A stretch of 59,436 nt of DNA, the filler included, from Bipalium vagum (Eukaryota): NCBI GenBank assembly GCA_037834085.1. It is 3 parts of 3 records of this genome, joined end to end, with 100 filler letters (N's around TTAATTAATTAA, not from the genome) between each part and the next. Parts side by side here need not be neighbours in the genome. Positions count along the whole stretch, not along the records: positions 1 to 19,003 come from JBBMKC010013488.1; 2 more parts are not named here. One strand, 5' to 3'. This document shows positions 1 to 13,600 of this stretch, in pieces; within the stretch, counting starts at the first letter, position 1, and each line of letters opens with the position of its first letter. The notes beneath the pieces are model-generated. The model was not told the origin of the DNA. It ran no database searches and worked only from the letters and a program-made list of their open reading frames with translations. Position numbers and translations under genes: made by a program.

Positions 1-1310
1 TATAAATATTTGCACAAATTTTATTTTATGTAATTAAAATATTGTTTGATAATTAAATTTTATCAAATGTTTTGTTGATTGCAATGCATTACATCAGTAC
101 TACATATAAATACTCTGTTTCACTTCATAAGTTCCTTTATCTTTTCTAAATCTAAGTTTTATTATGAAAAATTTATTTTAAATAAATAAAATAATAATAA
201 TATTTAATAAAATAATAATATTATTTTGCTGTTTCAGCATTGAATTTTTCAAAAAAATTGTATTTTACAAAGCAGGCCGGAGACTTCTCTAAACAGACAG
301 TTTCATTGTTGATATAATGCTAAAGACTTCCCCCTAGAATTTATTCATTTTAATTTTCAACCATTTTTGTCTCCTACACATTCTTTTGTTGATAAGGGAA
401 AACTGGAATTAATCAATAGTTAAATACTTTCTCAGTGAAAGTCAATAAATGATAATTTTAATGATGAGCAAGACCCGGTTTTGTTTAGATTCCAAAAATG
501 TAATAAAATCAAAAAGAATATTTTTTATTTCTCAAAATGTTTTAAAAATTCTCTTCGTTTGGTTCAGAAATAATGATTTCTGGAATATAGGTTTCAAGAA
601 ACTGGTGAAAAAATTGGAGGAGGTTCTAAATAATAACAAGAATTGCATTACAGATTGATTTTTCATTATTATTTGTAAACAAAAATATTTTATTGGTTAC
701 AAATAAATATTCAAAATCACCAAAAAGTTATGTTAATCATTTTGAAATAAATGGTTAATATATTAAATAATAAAGATAAAATTAGACCAGTCTTTTCTTT
801 TTAAAGTAATTCATCAGTTACCCTTACTAAAAGTGATTTTAGTAGATGATTTCAAACGAAAAGTATTTCAGTTACGCACTACCGAGAGAAATAGCTTCTA
901 TTTCTACTTTTAAGACAGATAATTAAATTTAAGTTAAACCCATTTTAATATTACGAATAGCTGAAACCGATAAATTGCAGTCTGCTTCGTTGTTCACTTA
1001 TTTTTTTATGGAAAAAATGGTCACATATTTACGAGAAGTAATTCTAAAATATCCAGACCGTTTACCAATAACGGTTGATATCGGTGTTACATTTTTCCAT
1101 TCTTGATCCATGGGAAAAGTGACAGATCTTTTTTCATGGACCGATTTTTTTTAGAGAATTTCTAAAATTTAAAATTAAAGAATATTTTATCCACATAAAC
1201 TTTAAAAATATTTAAAGGAATTTTAATATAATTTTATAAAATTTATCCAACCAATAAAAATTAAAATAATTAGTTGACGAGAAAAACCTTTCAAATTGAA
1301 ATTTTTATTA

Positions 1311-2657
1311 TTAGGTTATTCACAAAATAATATCGTTTTTGTCAGTCATTTATTAGACATTATTTTAGCAATTTATTTTTTGTTTTAAAGTGCTTATCAT
1401 ATATAATTTCATATCATATACCATTTCAATCTATATTTGTGTAAGTTATTTTCTTTCTTTTGGAGCTCTTTTTTGCCTCAATTTTCCTTGTAAGAATTTA
1501 TAACAGAATTGAATTTTTGGATTTATGTCAAACTCAAAAGAAATTACTACAGAAGTTTTGCCACACATAATTTTCGACATAGTACAACACCCAGAGTCGT
1601 CCAACTGTTTTTTAACATGTTACAAATTTACATATAATTCATAAATTGATTATTAAAATTTTTAAAAAGTAAAATAATTTTGTAAATTGATTATTTTATC
1701 TTTTAAATATGGAATATGTTTAATTACTTTGGAAAAGAAGAATTACGTGCATTTTCTTATACGAATTTAAACCGGGCCATTTAAGAGCGGAAGCCAATCG
1801 AAAAAATGGACAAGAAACAAACAAACGAATATTTCAACAATGTTTAAAAAATTTCTTAATGGAGATGAGACGATCGAAGATGATAAAAGTCATTAGCGAA
1901 AGACTAATCGAAAAGAACAAATTGAAGGCTTTGGTGGAGACCAATCCACATACAATTGTTGGAAAAAAGGATGTCTCTAAACACTTAGTAAATCAAAAAT
2001 TGAAGGTGTATCGAAAACCACTTATTTTGAGCAACAGTATTGATCTCTGGCTCAAACGCTTTGTGATGTATGATGAAAAGTGGACTATGTATGACAACAG
2101 AAGTCGCTGACCTCAATGGTAAAGCCATGATCAAGTTGCACAACAAATTTACATCAATAGTTTACGGTGGCTGTTTGATGGTCTGCGGCAGGTCTCATTC
2201 ATTACAATTTCTTAAACCCGGGCGAAATGTAGAGAAATATTGTTATGAAGATGACAAGATACACTTGAAACTTCGACAATATCCATCATTAGGCAATAGA
2301 AAAGGGCCTACTCTACTGCATAATAACACTCGGCTGCGTGTGGCACAAACTTCTTTACGAAAATTAAACTAGTTGAACTATGACACCCTTCCTCATTATA
2401 CCTTTCGCCCACTGACTATCACTTCTTTAAACATTTACATTTTTTTAGAAGAGAAATTGTTTCAGAAAGCAAGTTTATGTGAAAAAGGCCTATAAAGATT
2501 ACATCGATTCTAGAACTCCGGAATTTTACTCAACAAACATACATATACTTCTGTCTTATTTACTAAAGTGTGTTAAGTCGAATGGTTCTTATTTCAATAA
2601 ATTATGCTTTGTTTTTATTAAAATATAAAAAGCGACATTATTTTTTGAACGACCTAA
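1311..2657 (+). mobile_element. Decayed mariner (Hsmar1/cecropia-like)
   Basis: Imperfect TIR pair TTAGGTTATTCACAAAATAATATCG (1311) and CGACATTATTTTTTGAACGACCTAA (ends 2657). Frameshifted transposase fragments: FLYEFK.GH, YDEKWTMYDN, NRKGPTLLHNNTRLR. Confidence 0.85.
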
Positions 2658-2773
2658 TGTGAAAGTCATATTTGCTAAATTTTAATTGGTAGTGAAAACG
2701 TCCAGAAACATGTAGTTATTTTTAAGTAAATATTCTTAACACAAACCATCGTTGTCATTCTGATATTTGATAA

Positions 2774-5700
2774 TTATTTGGCTTGAGTAGCGGAAATTTC
2801 AAGGGAACACGATTCTACTCCCGAAGATGTTTGGGTTGCAGGCATATTAGAGTAAGAACTGGAGGAGATTGATGTTGTTGACTGCATCAACTTGTTTACT
2901 CTTTCGTTCAAGAGTAATAAAAATTGATTGACATTCCACTCAACTCCGCGGATGTTGTAATGTCGAGAAGATTGACCTGGATTTCCGTCAGTATATTTCT
3001 GTTCCAGTTTGACTTCCACTTCGCACAGTGATGCCAATTCTTCGAATGAATTTTTTGGAAGAATATCAGACAATTCAATGTTTTGTTCAATGATCCCCGA
3101 TGAAACAGTAGATAACTGCTGGGGTGATAATGCAACCGGTACGTAATTGTAGTTCGTCTGAGTTTGCGAAAGGAATTCAGATGAAGGGTAACCAGTACTG
3201 GTGGCCGTAGGAGGCTGAGCCTGATAAAAGCTAAACCCACTTGGATGGTGTTGAGGTAGAGGAGGAGAATATAATGAAAATGTGGCCGTAAAATCTGGAG
3301 GACTCGACATAAGAAAAATATCTTCTGTGTTAATGGTGCTGTGACCTGGTAATGACATTGCCCCAGTGCTACCTGAAGCAGGCCCTGTAGTATAGCCCTG
3401 GAGAAACGATTTTCATGGCAATAAATTTAATTTAAAAAAATTAATTAAACTATAGTAAATAATGAAATCTAAGTCGGATTAGAAACAAAAAAAAGTAAAT
3501 GAAAATCAAATCGATTTAAGTTTGACTGTTGTATTTTGTTTAAATGTAATAATTATTCATTTCAAGGTTATGTAATTATTGAAATTTATAATTAAGAATA
3601 TTGATGACAACCATGTTGAGATTGATTTATTTTAGCTTTTAATTATTATTATTCCTTAAAAACTAATTGTAAGCATCCTTACAAGACTTGAGATTCTTTG
3701 CCATATAATTTTATCAATTATAAACAATACCACAAAAAAGTAAAAGAACAGTTAAAATAACGATAGAGAAAAAGCATAAAAAGAAACCTGGAAGATAGGA
3801 TGTTGACTAAAATTATAACTGGAACCAGGTGAAAGCAATGTTGCATTTCCAAAAGAGGGCGGTGAAGCTCCATAAGCTGCTGTTAAAGTTCCGGGGCCGC
3901 TTGGTGGACCAGAAAACGTTCGATACGGACCACAACTGCCAGGCATTCCGAAGGCACTGTTAGATACTGATTGGGAAGCAACCGAGGCAGCTAAAGTTGA
4001 TCCTGGAGATGCAGAACCACCCAAGACAGACATATTTATAAATCCATATTTGTCCAAAACTTGCATTGCCGCTGCAATTTCCTGACTTGCTGAATCTGGA
4101 TATCCAGCACAATGCAAAGCGTTTCGCAAACTATCCATATTTAAGCTAGAACTGGTGCAAAATGAAGTTCCTAAAATAATTTTTAAAATTGAGATTTAGG
4201 GTTCGTTTCAAATAGGAATTATTGATAACCTGTAGCAGAACTTCCTGGCTGATTTGAAGATCCTCCTAAAATATTTTGAGAAGTTTGTTTACCGGTTACA
4301 AATGTAGCATGAGCTCCCAAAATTGGTTGAGGTCCTCCTGAAGCAACAGGACTCATGTGTGTTTGCAAGGCACCTACCGTTGGTGGTAAACCAGGTAACT
4401 GCACACCAATGGGACTATAAAGAACGGATGAGCTAATCTGATGAGAAGGTACTGAATGTGGTGGACTTGAATTCGCATAAGGGCTTCCTGTAGGATATGC
4501 ACTTGCCACAGGACCTTGTGCATCCGCATAAGAAATATTAGGACAGCTTGCAGACTGTGGATCTTCAGCTATCTTTGCAAGGATGGCTGATATGGCTTTA
4601 CGATTTTGTTCAGGTTCACCTGAGAATAAATCAAAGTCTCAAATAGTATTATGGACAATTATGGATATATTTACCCGCTATAACGATGCATCGCTCAGGC
4701 AAATTAACTTCACGACTCTTTTGTGAAATTTGGATAAATGCACCGCTGTTGTCTTTTATTTCTTTGATGAAGGCACCACCTTTGCCGATTATCATGCCTG
4801 CTGTGCTGTTTGGAACCAAAATCTTCACCTGGAACAGCTTATCAATAATTTAGAAATAAAACATTTTGATTGAATTAAATTGAACAAAATATCAGTTAAC
4901 GCTGAAAAGAGTATATTATTTTTACAGGTTCAATAAGATATTTCAGAACTAAGTCAGACACAAAGTATCAAACTTCACATCAATTTGGCTCCTATTGGTT
5001 TAAATCTATGATACCCTTTGAAGCTATTTCCAAATCCAATCATTAATATCAGGCTGATGTAAAATTTTTAACATTGAGTATTGAATTATTAATCCAATCG
5101 TTAAAATCAATCCATATTGAATATATTTTAGGCTGATTTTGTAAGAGATTAAACTTTTACCAGATAATGAAAAAAGCGAGAACTTAAAACTAGTGTACCG
5201 TGAAAGAAAATTGTACTACGAAATATTAAGGAACAGTTAGTAAGTCAAAGGCCTCATAAAAATATTAGGTATACAAATAATACAAATCAGATGAATTTAG
5301 TCCGGTAGAATAATTTCGTTTATATTGGATTAGAAAAAGAAAGAGCAGTTCTTAGTAGTCTTAGAATGAGTCTTTCTCAAAATGTTTTGATTTGGGTGCA
5401 AACAATGTGACTGAAAAGCCGGAATGATACTGCATATCTAGATTAGAACTTGAAGATTATTTTTATCGGAGTGAATGTTACTATTCTTAAGTGTATTAAA
5501 GGTGATTCTTCAGAATTGAGCTAAAGGACATTATTTTTACACCAATCCGATGATATTAATGAAAGTTGTTTTTTAAAAATTCTTGTACCTTTTGCAGTTA
5601 TGTATTGGATCAACATTTTATTGGAAGATAACATAACGCCCATTCACAGTATTATACATATTTAGTATCATATACTAAAAAATGTCACCATCTAATCAAT

Positions 5701-8700
5701 TATGACAAACGCGAATAATTTCGCAGTCAGTGATAACACATAGGTAATGAAGACAAAGCACAGACGACATTTATCGAAACAGATTCATAGAAATATGTCG
5801 ATGGAGATGACAATACACAAGGGGATTTTTTCAAAAAATAAAGTTCCATTGTTAAAAGTACTTTAGAAACCTTGAAAGGTCCATATGGAAACTCCCGAGT
5901 TTTAGCTCAGTTTCCTTATCATGATTCCCTATGAATTTTATCAAGAATTATATAGCTGATCGAAAAGGAGATCAGAAGGAACAATTATTATATAAATATG
6001 AGTTATTATTAGAGGTAAATTCTGTGTGATACAATATCCCCTTTAGCTTACATTTTAACATTCTCACACGTATTTATGGATTTGCCTTAGGAGAATGTAG
6101 ACTTTACAGCTGACTGAACAGTGCTACGTTGAGATGACGAACTAATTGTAAAGAAATGTGTTTCCATTAGGGAGATGATTTGTAACCTGAGCTCAAGTCC
6201 TGAAGCAACGGATGATTAGATTGATAGAAGAGGGAAAGGAAAAATCTTTTACATTCAACGAAACATGATTTTGTACACAAATTCACCATTAATTAAATCT
6301 CGTAAAGTTCTTTTCATAATTAGTTTTCTTAGTACATCAAAATATCTTCACATGTAAGATTTTAAACGGACGATGGAACCGGATTTAGAAATTGGTCAAA
6401 ACAAGAGCAAGACCAAATAACCAATAAACCTCAAAGAAATATAAAATACAAAAATATAAAGTGAAGACCTTTTGCATGACCAGTGCTGAACATATGATCC
6501 CTTTCGAGGAGCGTACATTTAGTAATTACACAAGCAGAAGGAGAACATCAATTCTAAATGTCTCCCAGTAAATTGTTGACTTTTACTCATTACAAAATGT
6601 TATTGAAACTATTTTAAAAACAAGAGATAAAATTTTTGCACAATGAGCTCAAATTAGTGTAAGTACCAGTGACTACTCTTACTGTATTGTAATATAAAAG
6701 ATTTCAAAGTAACAATAATGGACTATTGAACTTATTCAAACTTCCTACATAAAATACAAATTGTTGGATAGTACAGTCCAGGTAAAAGATGAGTTAGTTT
6801 AAAGGGAGAATTCTAAGCACTTTTTTCATGATAAGAAAATCATACATAAATCAAGCTTAATAGAAGTGGCTCTACTTTATGAGAAAGCAATATTTCGGAA
6901 TTGAGAGAGGTGCAACTTATGAGATGTCCAACAACCAAGACTACAGAGGGTATGTGTGGAAAATAACTTTGGCGGTTAAAGAACGTGTTGTTTTTAAAGG
7001 TGTGAAACTTTTTCACAACAGGTAGAAATAGTTTTTTTTGGAGTCATATTTATTTGCAATTATTTTATTGATATTTTATTCATCAGCCGATATAAATTTA
7101 TTGATTGGTAAAAATTATGTTATAATTTTTTAAAAAATATTAAACCACACAGAAAAATTTTATCCTGTTTGGAAACTAAATATAGATATTATAAGTGATC
7201 ACAAAACCTTTAACTATGAGCCAGATTCAATAGAAATCCCCCAAATCTAATATATACAGGTTTTTGGTGGTTTATGCAATAATAATAATTAGAAACATAA
7301 TTTTCAATTATGAAAGATTTGGAAACTGGAAAACATATACACGTATTTGCAAAAGGTACAGACTTACAATGAAATAAAAGAACTCAAAATGGTAATGATG
7401 ACGAAGAATGCTGTAATGGAATGGCAGAAAGCAATTGTCTTCCGATCAATGAAATTGTCACGATAAGTGCTATGAAAGAGACGATAGTTGTACAAAAGTA
7501 TATTATAAATATTTTTATGTTGTCCAATTTTTCAGCTTCTTTCTCTATAAGAAAATTTATTTTAAAAATGGGTTAGACTTAGTTTCTTATTTAGAAAGCT
7601 TACTGTACTGAACCGCTGTGTTTAAAATGTAATATTGTTAAATATAATTAAGATAACACTGTAAATTCTTTACTGAATGAAATCAATTCATTAAAGTATT
7701 ATTTTTCAACAGAACATCCATCAGCACTGTAATACAATTTTAAAGAGAAGTCATATGATTTTTGCACATTTCTGGTGATATTTATCTGTTTCTTCTTCGA
7801 TTGCACCTGTCAAATCTTTTAGGTTTTCTGATTATCCCACATAAACCACTGTATTTAGATATCTCCAAAAGAGGACATCCATGGGGAAAGGATGCAATCC
7901 AATGGAAAAATCCCTGGTCTCTAAATATACCTTCAATGAAATGTGTTGTTAAAAAATTTCTTAAGAACAAAAGCTCTTTCATGTTGAAAAATAAGTTTGA
8001 TCTTGTTCTCCGATAGAGTTCTCCATTTAAACTTAAATGTTATCTCATAAATGTTGCTCAATTCATCTGAGCTATTAGCAATACCATTATGAGTCGTTCT
8101 TCAATTGACAACATTATCCGAAATTGAATATGACATATCTAAGTGGGATTATATTAACTTATTAAAACAATTGAACACTTACATAAAATTTCAAAAAACC
8201 TATTTTTATAAAAAATTGTTTTAAAATCTGATGATTACTTGTTACACACCCTGCGTGATAATATATCATCTTGCAAAATAAAGTACTTGTAATTAAATTT
8301 TAAATATTAACTAAAGCAGAACTTTAAAATTAAAACTCTCCGTGGTTCATTACACTTCTCATAATAATAGTAAATAATAACAGAATAAAAGTTCGATTTA
8401 TTAACGACCTGACAATTGATATCATTGTTAAAACCATTTGTTAATTTGAATTTTACGCGAATATTTGAAAGTAGTTATTAATCAAGTAGGAGTTAGTTAA
8501 TTAGTTATTAATTTCACAATGGGCGAGTTTGACGCAGACTTTTTCGGTTTAGGCTGGGTATTCTATCGCAATTCGTTGGCTGACTTGTTTGTCATATTCA
8601 TAGATCCACGGTCTCACCATCAGTAAAAATACACTGCTTCGTTCAAGCATATCTTCAGCAACTTGTTTAAGATAATCTTCTTGAAGAAAATTCAATCCAT

Positions 8701-10643
8701 TCGGAACAAGTCGTGATGAGACCATTTGTAATTCCAAATGATTAAGAAAAATGTTCAGAATTGATTCGTGAGAGATTGCCAACTCATAATCCATCTTTCT
8801 TAAACTGGAATGACGATTTTGAATAACCATTTCCCTCACTTTGGCAATATTTTTATCATCTGAAGATACTGAAGTTCAATATGAACTAATTTTCGACATT
8901 CTTTGAATTCTTTATACCCCCAGTATATTCGAGTTTTTGATAAAACTGATTCTACATGTTTTGTGAAACATTTTCAAAGAGTCCCAACATGTAATTTCGT
9001 TTAAAAGACAAAATTTAAGACAGATTCTCTGTTATATAATTTCATTATTTTAAAAATCGATTGTATTTGAAAATAAATAATCATATTGATTTATTTAAAC
9101 AAACAGATTATTGGATTGCGATAAAATTTCACGGGTCAATTGAGCACATTTTTAGTAAGTTCAGGCAAGATTTTTTAATGTGGGTTTTTAAAAATAATAA
9201 TACCCGGTACATTTTTACAACATAAAATATAATTTTTTTTAAAGAAACAAAATCAATTTATTAATTTCGGAGTTCGTCTTTTTATCCTAAAATTTACTTT
9301 CATTTTTACGTTTTAAATAAATTTCATATTTTTTCATTAAAAAATCAATTTAATGGTTACCGAAAGTCAAAATCGATCAAGTGATTTTTTGCACTCTAAT
9401 TATTGATTTTTCACAATTTAAAAAAAAATAAAGGAAATAAATGTGAAACCGAATGGTATTCGGTGGAGAAATTGATTCCGATACAGTCTTTAATGACAGC
9501 CTTTTATTGTAATAAGTTAATCCTCTTTCAAAGTATAAATTGGTCTTTACACATTACGTTGTGATGTTGGTCCAGGTTGATCAATGTAATTGCTTAATAA
9601 GCAGTTTCCTTAGAAACGGTCGAGACTTATGAAACCCGTAACAAAATAAAACAGAGGAATTATGTATATTTATAAGTGAGGACTAGAAAATCCATTAAAA
9701 TATGATCCAAAAGTGTAAAGTATATACCGAGACATTCAAGAATCACATTACTCATACGGAACAGCGCCATGTACCAAATTGATGTGGTATAATTTTGTAA
9801 ACTGTCAAATAAGGATTTTTATAAATGTCATTCTTGTAAAATTTTTGATACAGGCCTGGAGGACATGGAGACTGGATATTATTATTGAGACCTGGAAAAT
9901 TCCATTAGGAACTGCATGACTCTAAACAACATACCAGGCCTTAGTTGACTGTAAATAAGTACTTCTCTCAATCAATAGACAGAGCCAATTCCGTGACTGA
10001 TAAAAGTTGATTAGACTCTATTTTGGGATTTAAATGAAAAAGAGTTAGTCCTGGAATACTTAATTATCACTGGTGGAAATAAATTTAATCAAAAGTTTTA
10101 GTTAAATTGAAGACCAAAGAAAAAATAACAATTGTTGGAACATGTATCAAAAAGTGTACCATCCTCTCAAATTGTAACAAGAAATTAATGACAAACAAAC
10201 TGATAATTATCGATATTAAATCAATAATTACCTAACCCCAACTTTCTAAGCCAGTTACATCTTCCTGGTGTCCATAACTTAATTGCTTCTTTTGAAAAAT
10301 GTAAATGGGGGTACAAAAAGGCAAATAATAAAATAATAATCAATAATTTTATTTTTATCGAAGAGAAATAAAAATTTCGTTCTCTCTGTTACATAAAGTA
10401 TATAACCAAGTTTCTCATAGCTCCAGTTTAATTTATATCACTATTTCAGACGACCCTCCCGACTCGGATGTGAGGTTTCCTGCACCTGTTTCTAGTGATA
10501 ATGTAATTCGTTAATTACTCCAATCACCCCTTTGATTACAAGAGAAAGAGAATCAAGTATTTATGGATCCATCAATCACTTAGACAAATATTCCTAATTA
10601 GTTTAGTGAAAAACAGATGTTTTATTATGTTTTTCATTTTCTT

Positions 10644-10676
<33 letters not shown>

Positions 10677-13600
10677 TAATCAAACCACTCAATGATCATT
10701 AAATTAAGCACAACACCACAATTGACACTTGTCTCGTCGTTAACTAATGAAAATTATAGAAATCCTTCGCAAATTACATCTGGATTGAAAAATGAAAATA
10801 TTTTTAGACCTAATAGGGGGGGAGCAAGGACACTTATTAAACTGGTCGTCGTAGGAAACAATTGGACCAGAGAATAATAACAGAATTTCGACACGAGAGC
10901 GTCGAGAAAACGAGACAATGACTCTGTCCACATTGTGTCTTGAGTTAGTGTAGAACCAAACAACATCAGTTGATCGATCAACAAGTTCACGAAATCGATA
11001 AAAGTCAGAAAGAAGCGATTTGAAACGTTCGACATCCGTCACTTATTTCAAAGGTTCTTTGCTCAATTTGACAGAATGAAATTAAAACAAAAACCAGCCA
11101 ATGAACAGCCTCAATGAAATTCCGGTAGTCAAGCGATGATGGAGCGCATAAAATGTGCTTTATTCTACTTTATAAGATTTATTGTTATTTGGTGCTGCAC
11201 AATGTCATTCATTGGTGATTCAATTGACATTTGTAAAGATCCTTGGCCACAATAATAAATGTGAGCTTAATAAACAGAAATAATGAAAATATTATTTTAT
11301 TTATTTATATTATCATTATGATTATTATTATGGGAAGGTGGTAATAATACATTTTGAAAATAGTCTTTGGGCTCACCTGTTTATGCCTGTCGGCGAGCAT
11401 TCTGTTGTCTGACTGGTTCTTGGAATTGGAGTCTGCCTTTTCGAAAATTTTGTCAATAATATAATTATGCATTTTGGTTATAGCCTCGACAGTACCCAGG
11501 ATCAGACACACGCGTTCAGTTGTTCCTAAATACGTCTATGTCAGTAGTATAGGTCTGTCACAGTTATTTTCGAAAAGTTTTAATGATTCCAAAGGAGTCT
11601 TTGAACAATTTCAACGAAACATTCAACGGTGTTAAGCTCATACCATAAATGAGGGCTTTATAATAATAATGATGATAATATTTTATTATTATTCACATGT
11701 ACTTTATAAAAGATATTTAACATGACCCCATTTAAGGATGCAACCGGTGTGAAATGTCGTCTAAAAGCTGTCAAAATCGGAGGCCGATAAAAATGATTTA
11801 GTTTCGAGACTCGACTTTCAATAATTTGTGTCAACTGTCTAGCCCATGTCTGTCACAAATTTTGTACCAAAATCCATTTTCGAGAATAAGGGAAGCGAAT
11901 TGGGAGAATCTTTTGCAACACCAGGCACACTGAGGGGAGATTACAGAAAAATTCCCGGTCCCGGAATTTAACGAACTGACATCTCCCCCGGGCCGTAGAT
12001 GATGAAATTCCCCACAATGAGTATAAACCATTTCCAACCAGTTCCGAGATTGCAATATATAAGTTACGGCCTTGTTAAAGTACCCGTACAACTTACTCCA
12101 ATGACAAATTGAACAGAGTAACAAATGGTTAAGGTACTGCACGAACTGTTTGTGAAACTAAAGCAGGTTTCATCACATAGTGATCAATGTTCTGTCAGCA
12201 ACGAGCTGTACTTGAGAAAAGCGCCGCCAGATGACCAGTTTCGTGGAATGAGATCAATCATTTCATAACACAATTAGCGCATTAAAACCGGAATATATCA
12301 CATTAAGCGCAATCCGGATTAAGCAGCATCAAAGGATATTTTACTTTGCGGGATTAAGTAAATGGAAATATAATCCATTCTTCTTCTTTTTCTTCTTTCT
12401 CTCTCCGTTTCCACAATATTTCAAAAATTTTATTTCATATTTTAATCTATTGATTTTACACAACAATTTAATTCCAACCGACACCGATTCTGGCTAATGT
12501 TGCCCCCATTTGATGCCTGGGACTATATCACCTTATAAAATCCATTATTTCAGGCGGCTCCCATCAAAACCGCTTTGAGATTCACTGCGGAATATACATT
12601 TCTCATGTTTATATCGATCAATTAAATTGGATACGTTCTCAACTGTTGATCTTGTTGATTACATGGAGCCTGAGAATTGTATGAAATCAGGTGTTGCAAA
12701 AACTGTTGTACCAAGGACAACCGCACCTGTTCAGATGTTCAGCTTTGTAAGTGCAGATCAGTTCTCACTTTTACACAGCTCATCCACGTCTGATTCAAAC
12801 AAAAATTTTGCAATACATTGATTACAGTGGTAAAAAACGATTTTCATCTATTTTGTTACTGGATTTTTTATTTTAAGCATCTAGGGCATTTTAATCCCAA
12901 ACCCGGCTCAACAATGCTGAAAGATTATTAAACTATCAGGAATCAGCTGAGCGACAAACACGGGAGAGAACTCAGAGAAGAATGAAAGATGGGCTATTTT
13001 AAGCACTAGGAACTCCTTTTAACGACGAACTGAAGGGGCACACCCTACAAGATTTCTCGTTTAATGGCTAAACCTTTTATATATAATTATTCGAAGCCAA
13101 AGCTTCGATTATATAAAGCTGATTAAATTTTTGGTACTGGTTCTGCTGGTTCCTATGCCAACAAACAATGAGAATTTTGTATAATGTCCAGGATCTCACT
13201 GTTCTTCTCAGACATAGAACAGAATAATTGGAAACGTCCTGGATCAAGGGTATTGAATAATTGGTTGATTGGCAAAAGTAATTAAGGTTATCTTAAATTC
13301 GATCTCTAAACGGTTTACACAACCTGTATTATAGATTATATCGAAATTGATGAGACCGAGTGAGAAAAGGCTAGACGTTTGGTAGGAGCCAGTTGGCTGG
13401 TAATTGGCATTGGAATTCACATAAAAATACCAGACAATCTCAATTTCGCATTATTGCGGTGATCGTTGCCGTCGTTATGGTGATGTTAAGGAGAAAAGGT
13501 GACCAGAATTCATAATGACACCTTTATTGAACTTGTTTCTGTTAATCGTAGCATTAATAGATTAATCTCGTTTGCAAACTAAACATTTTTTGGAAGGAAA

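Noticed and set aside
2908-3240. 110-aa alternative-frame ORF overlapping the last Nova exon
   Set aside because: No motif; expected by chance in a GC-richer exon.
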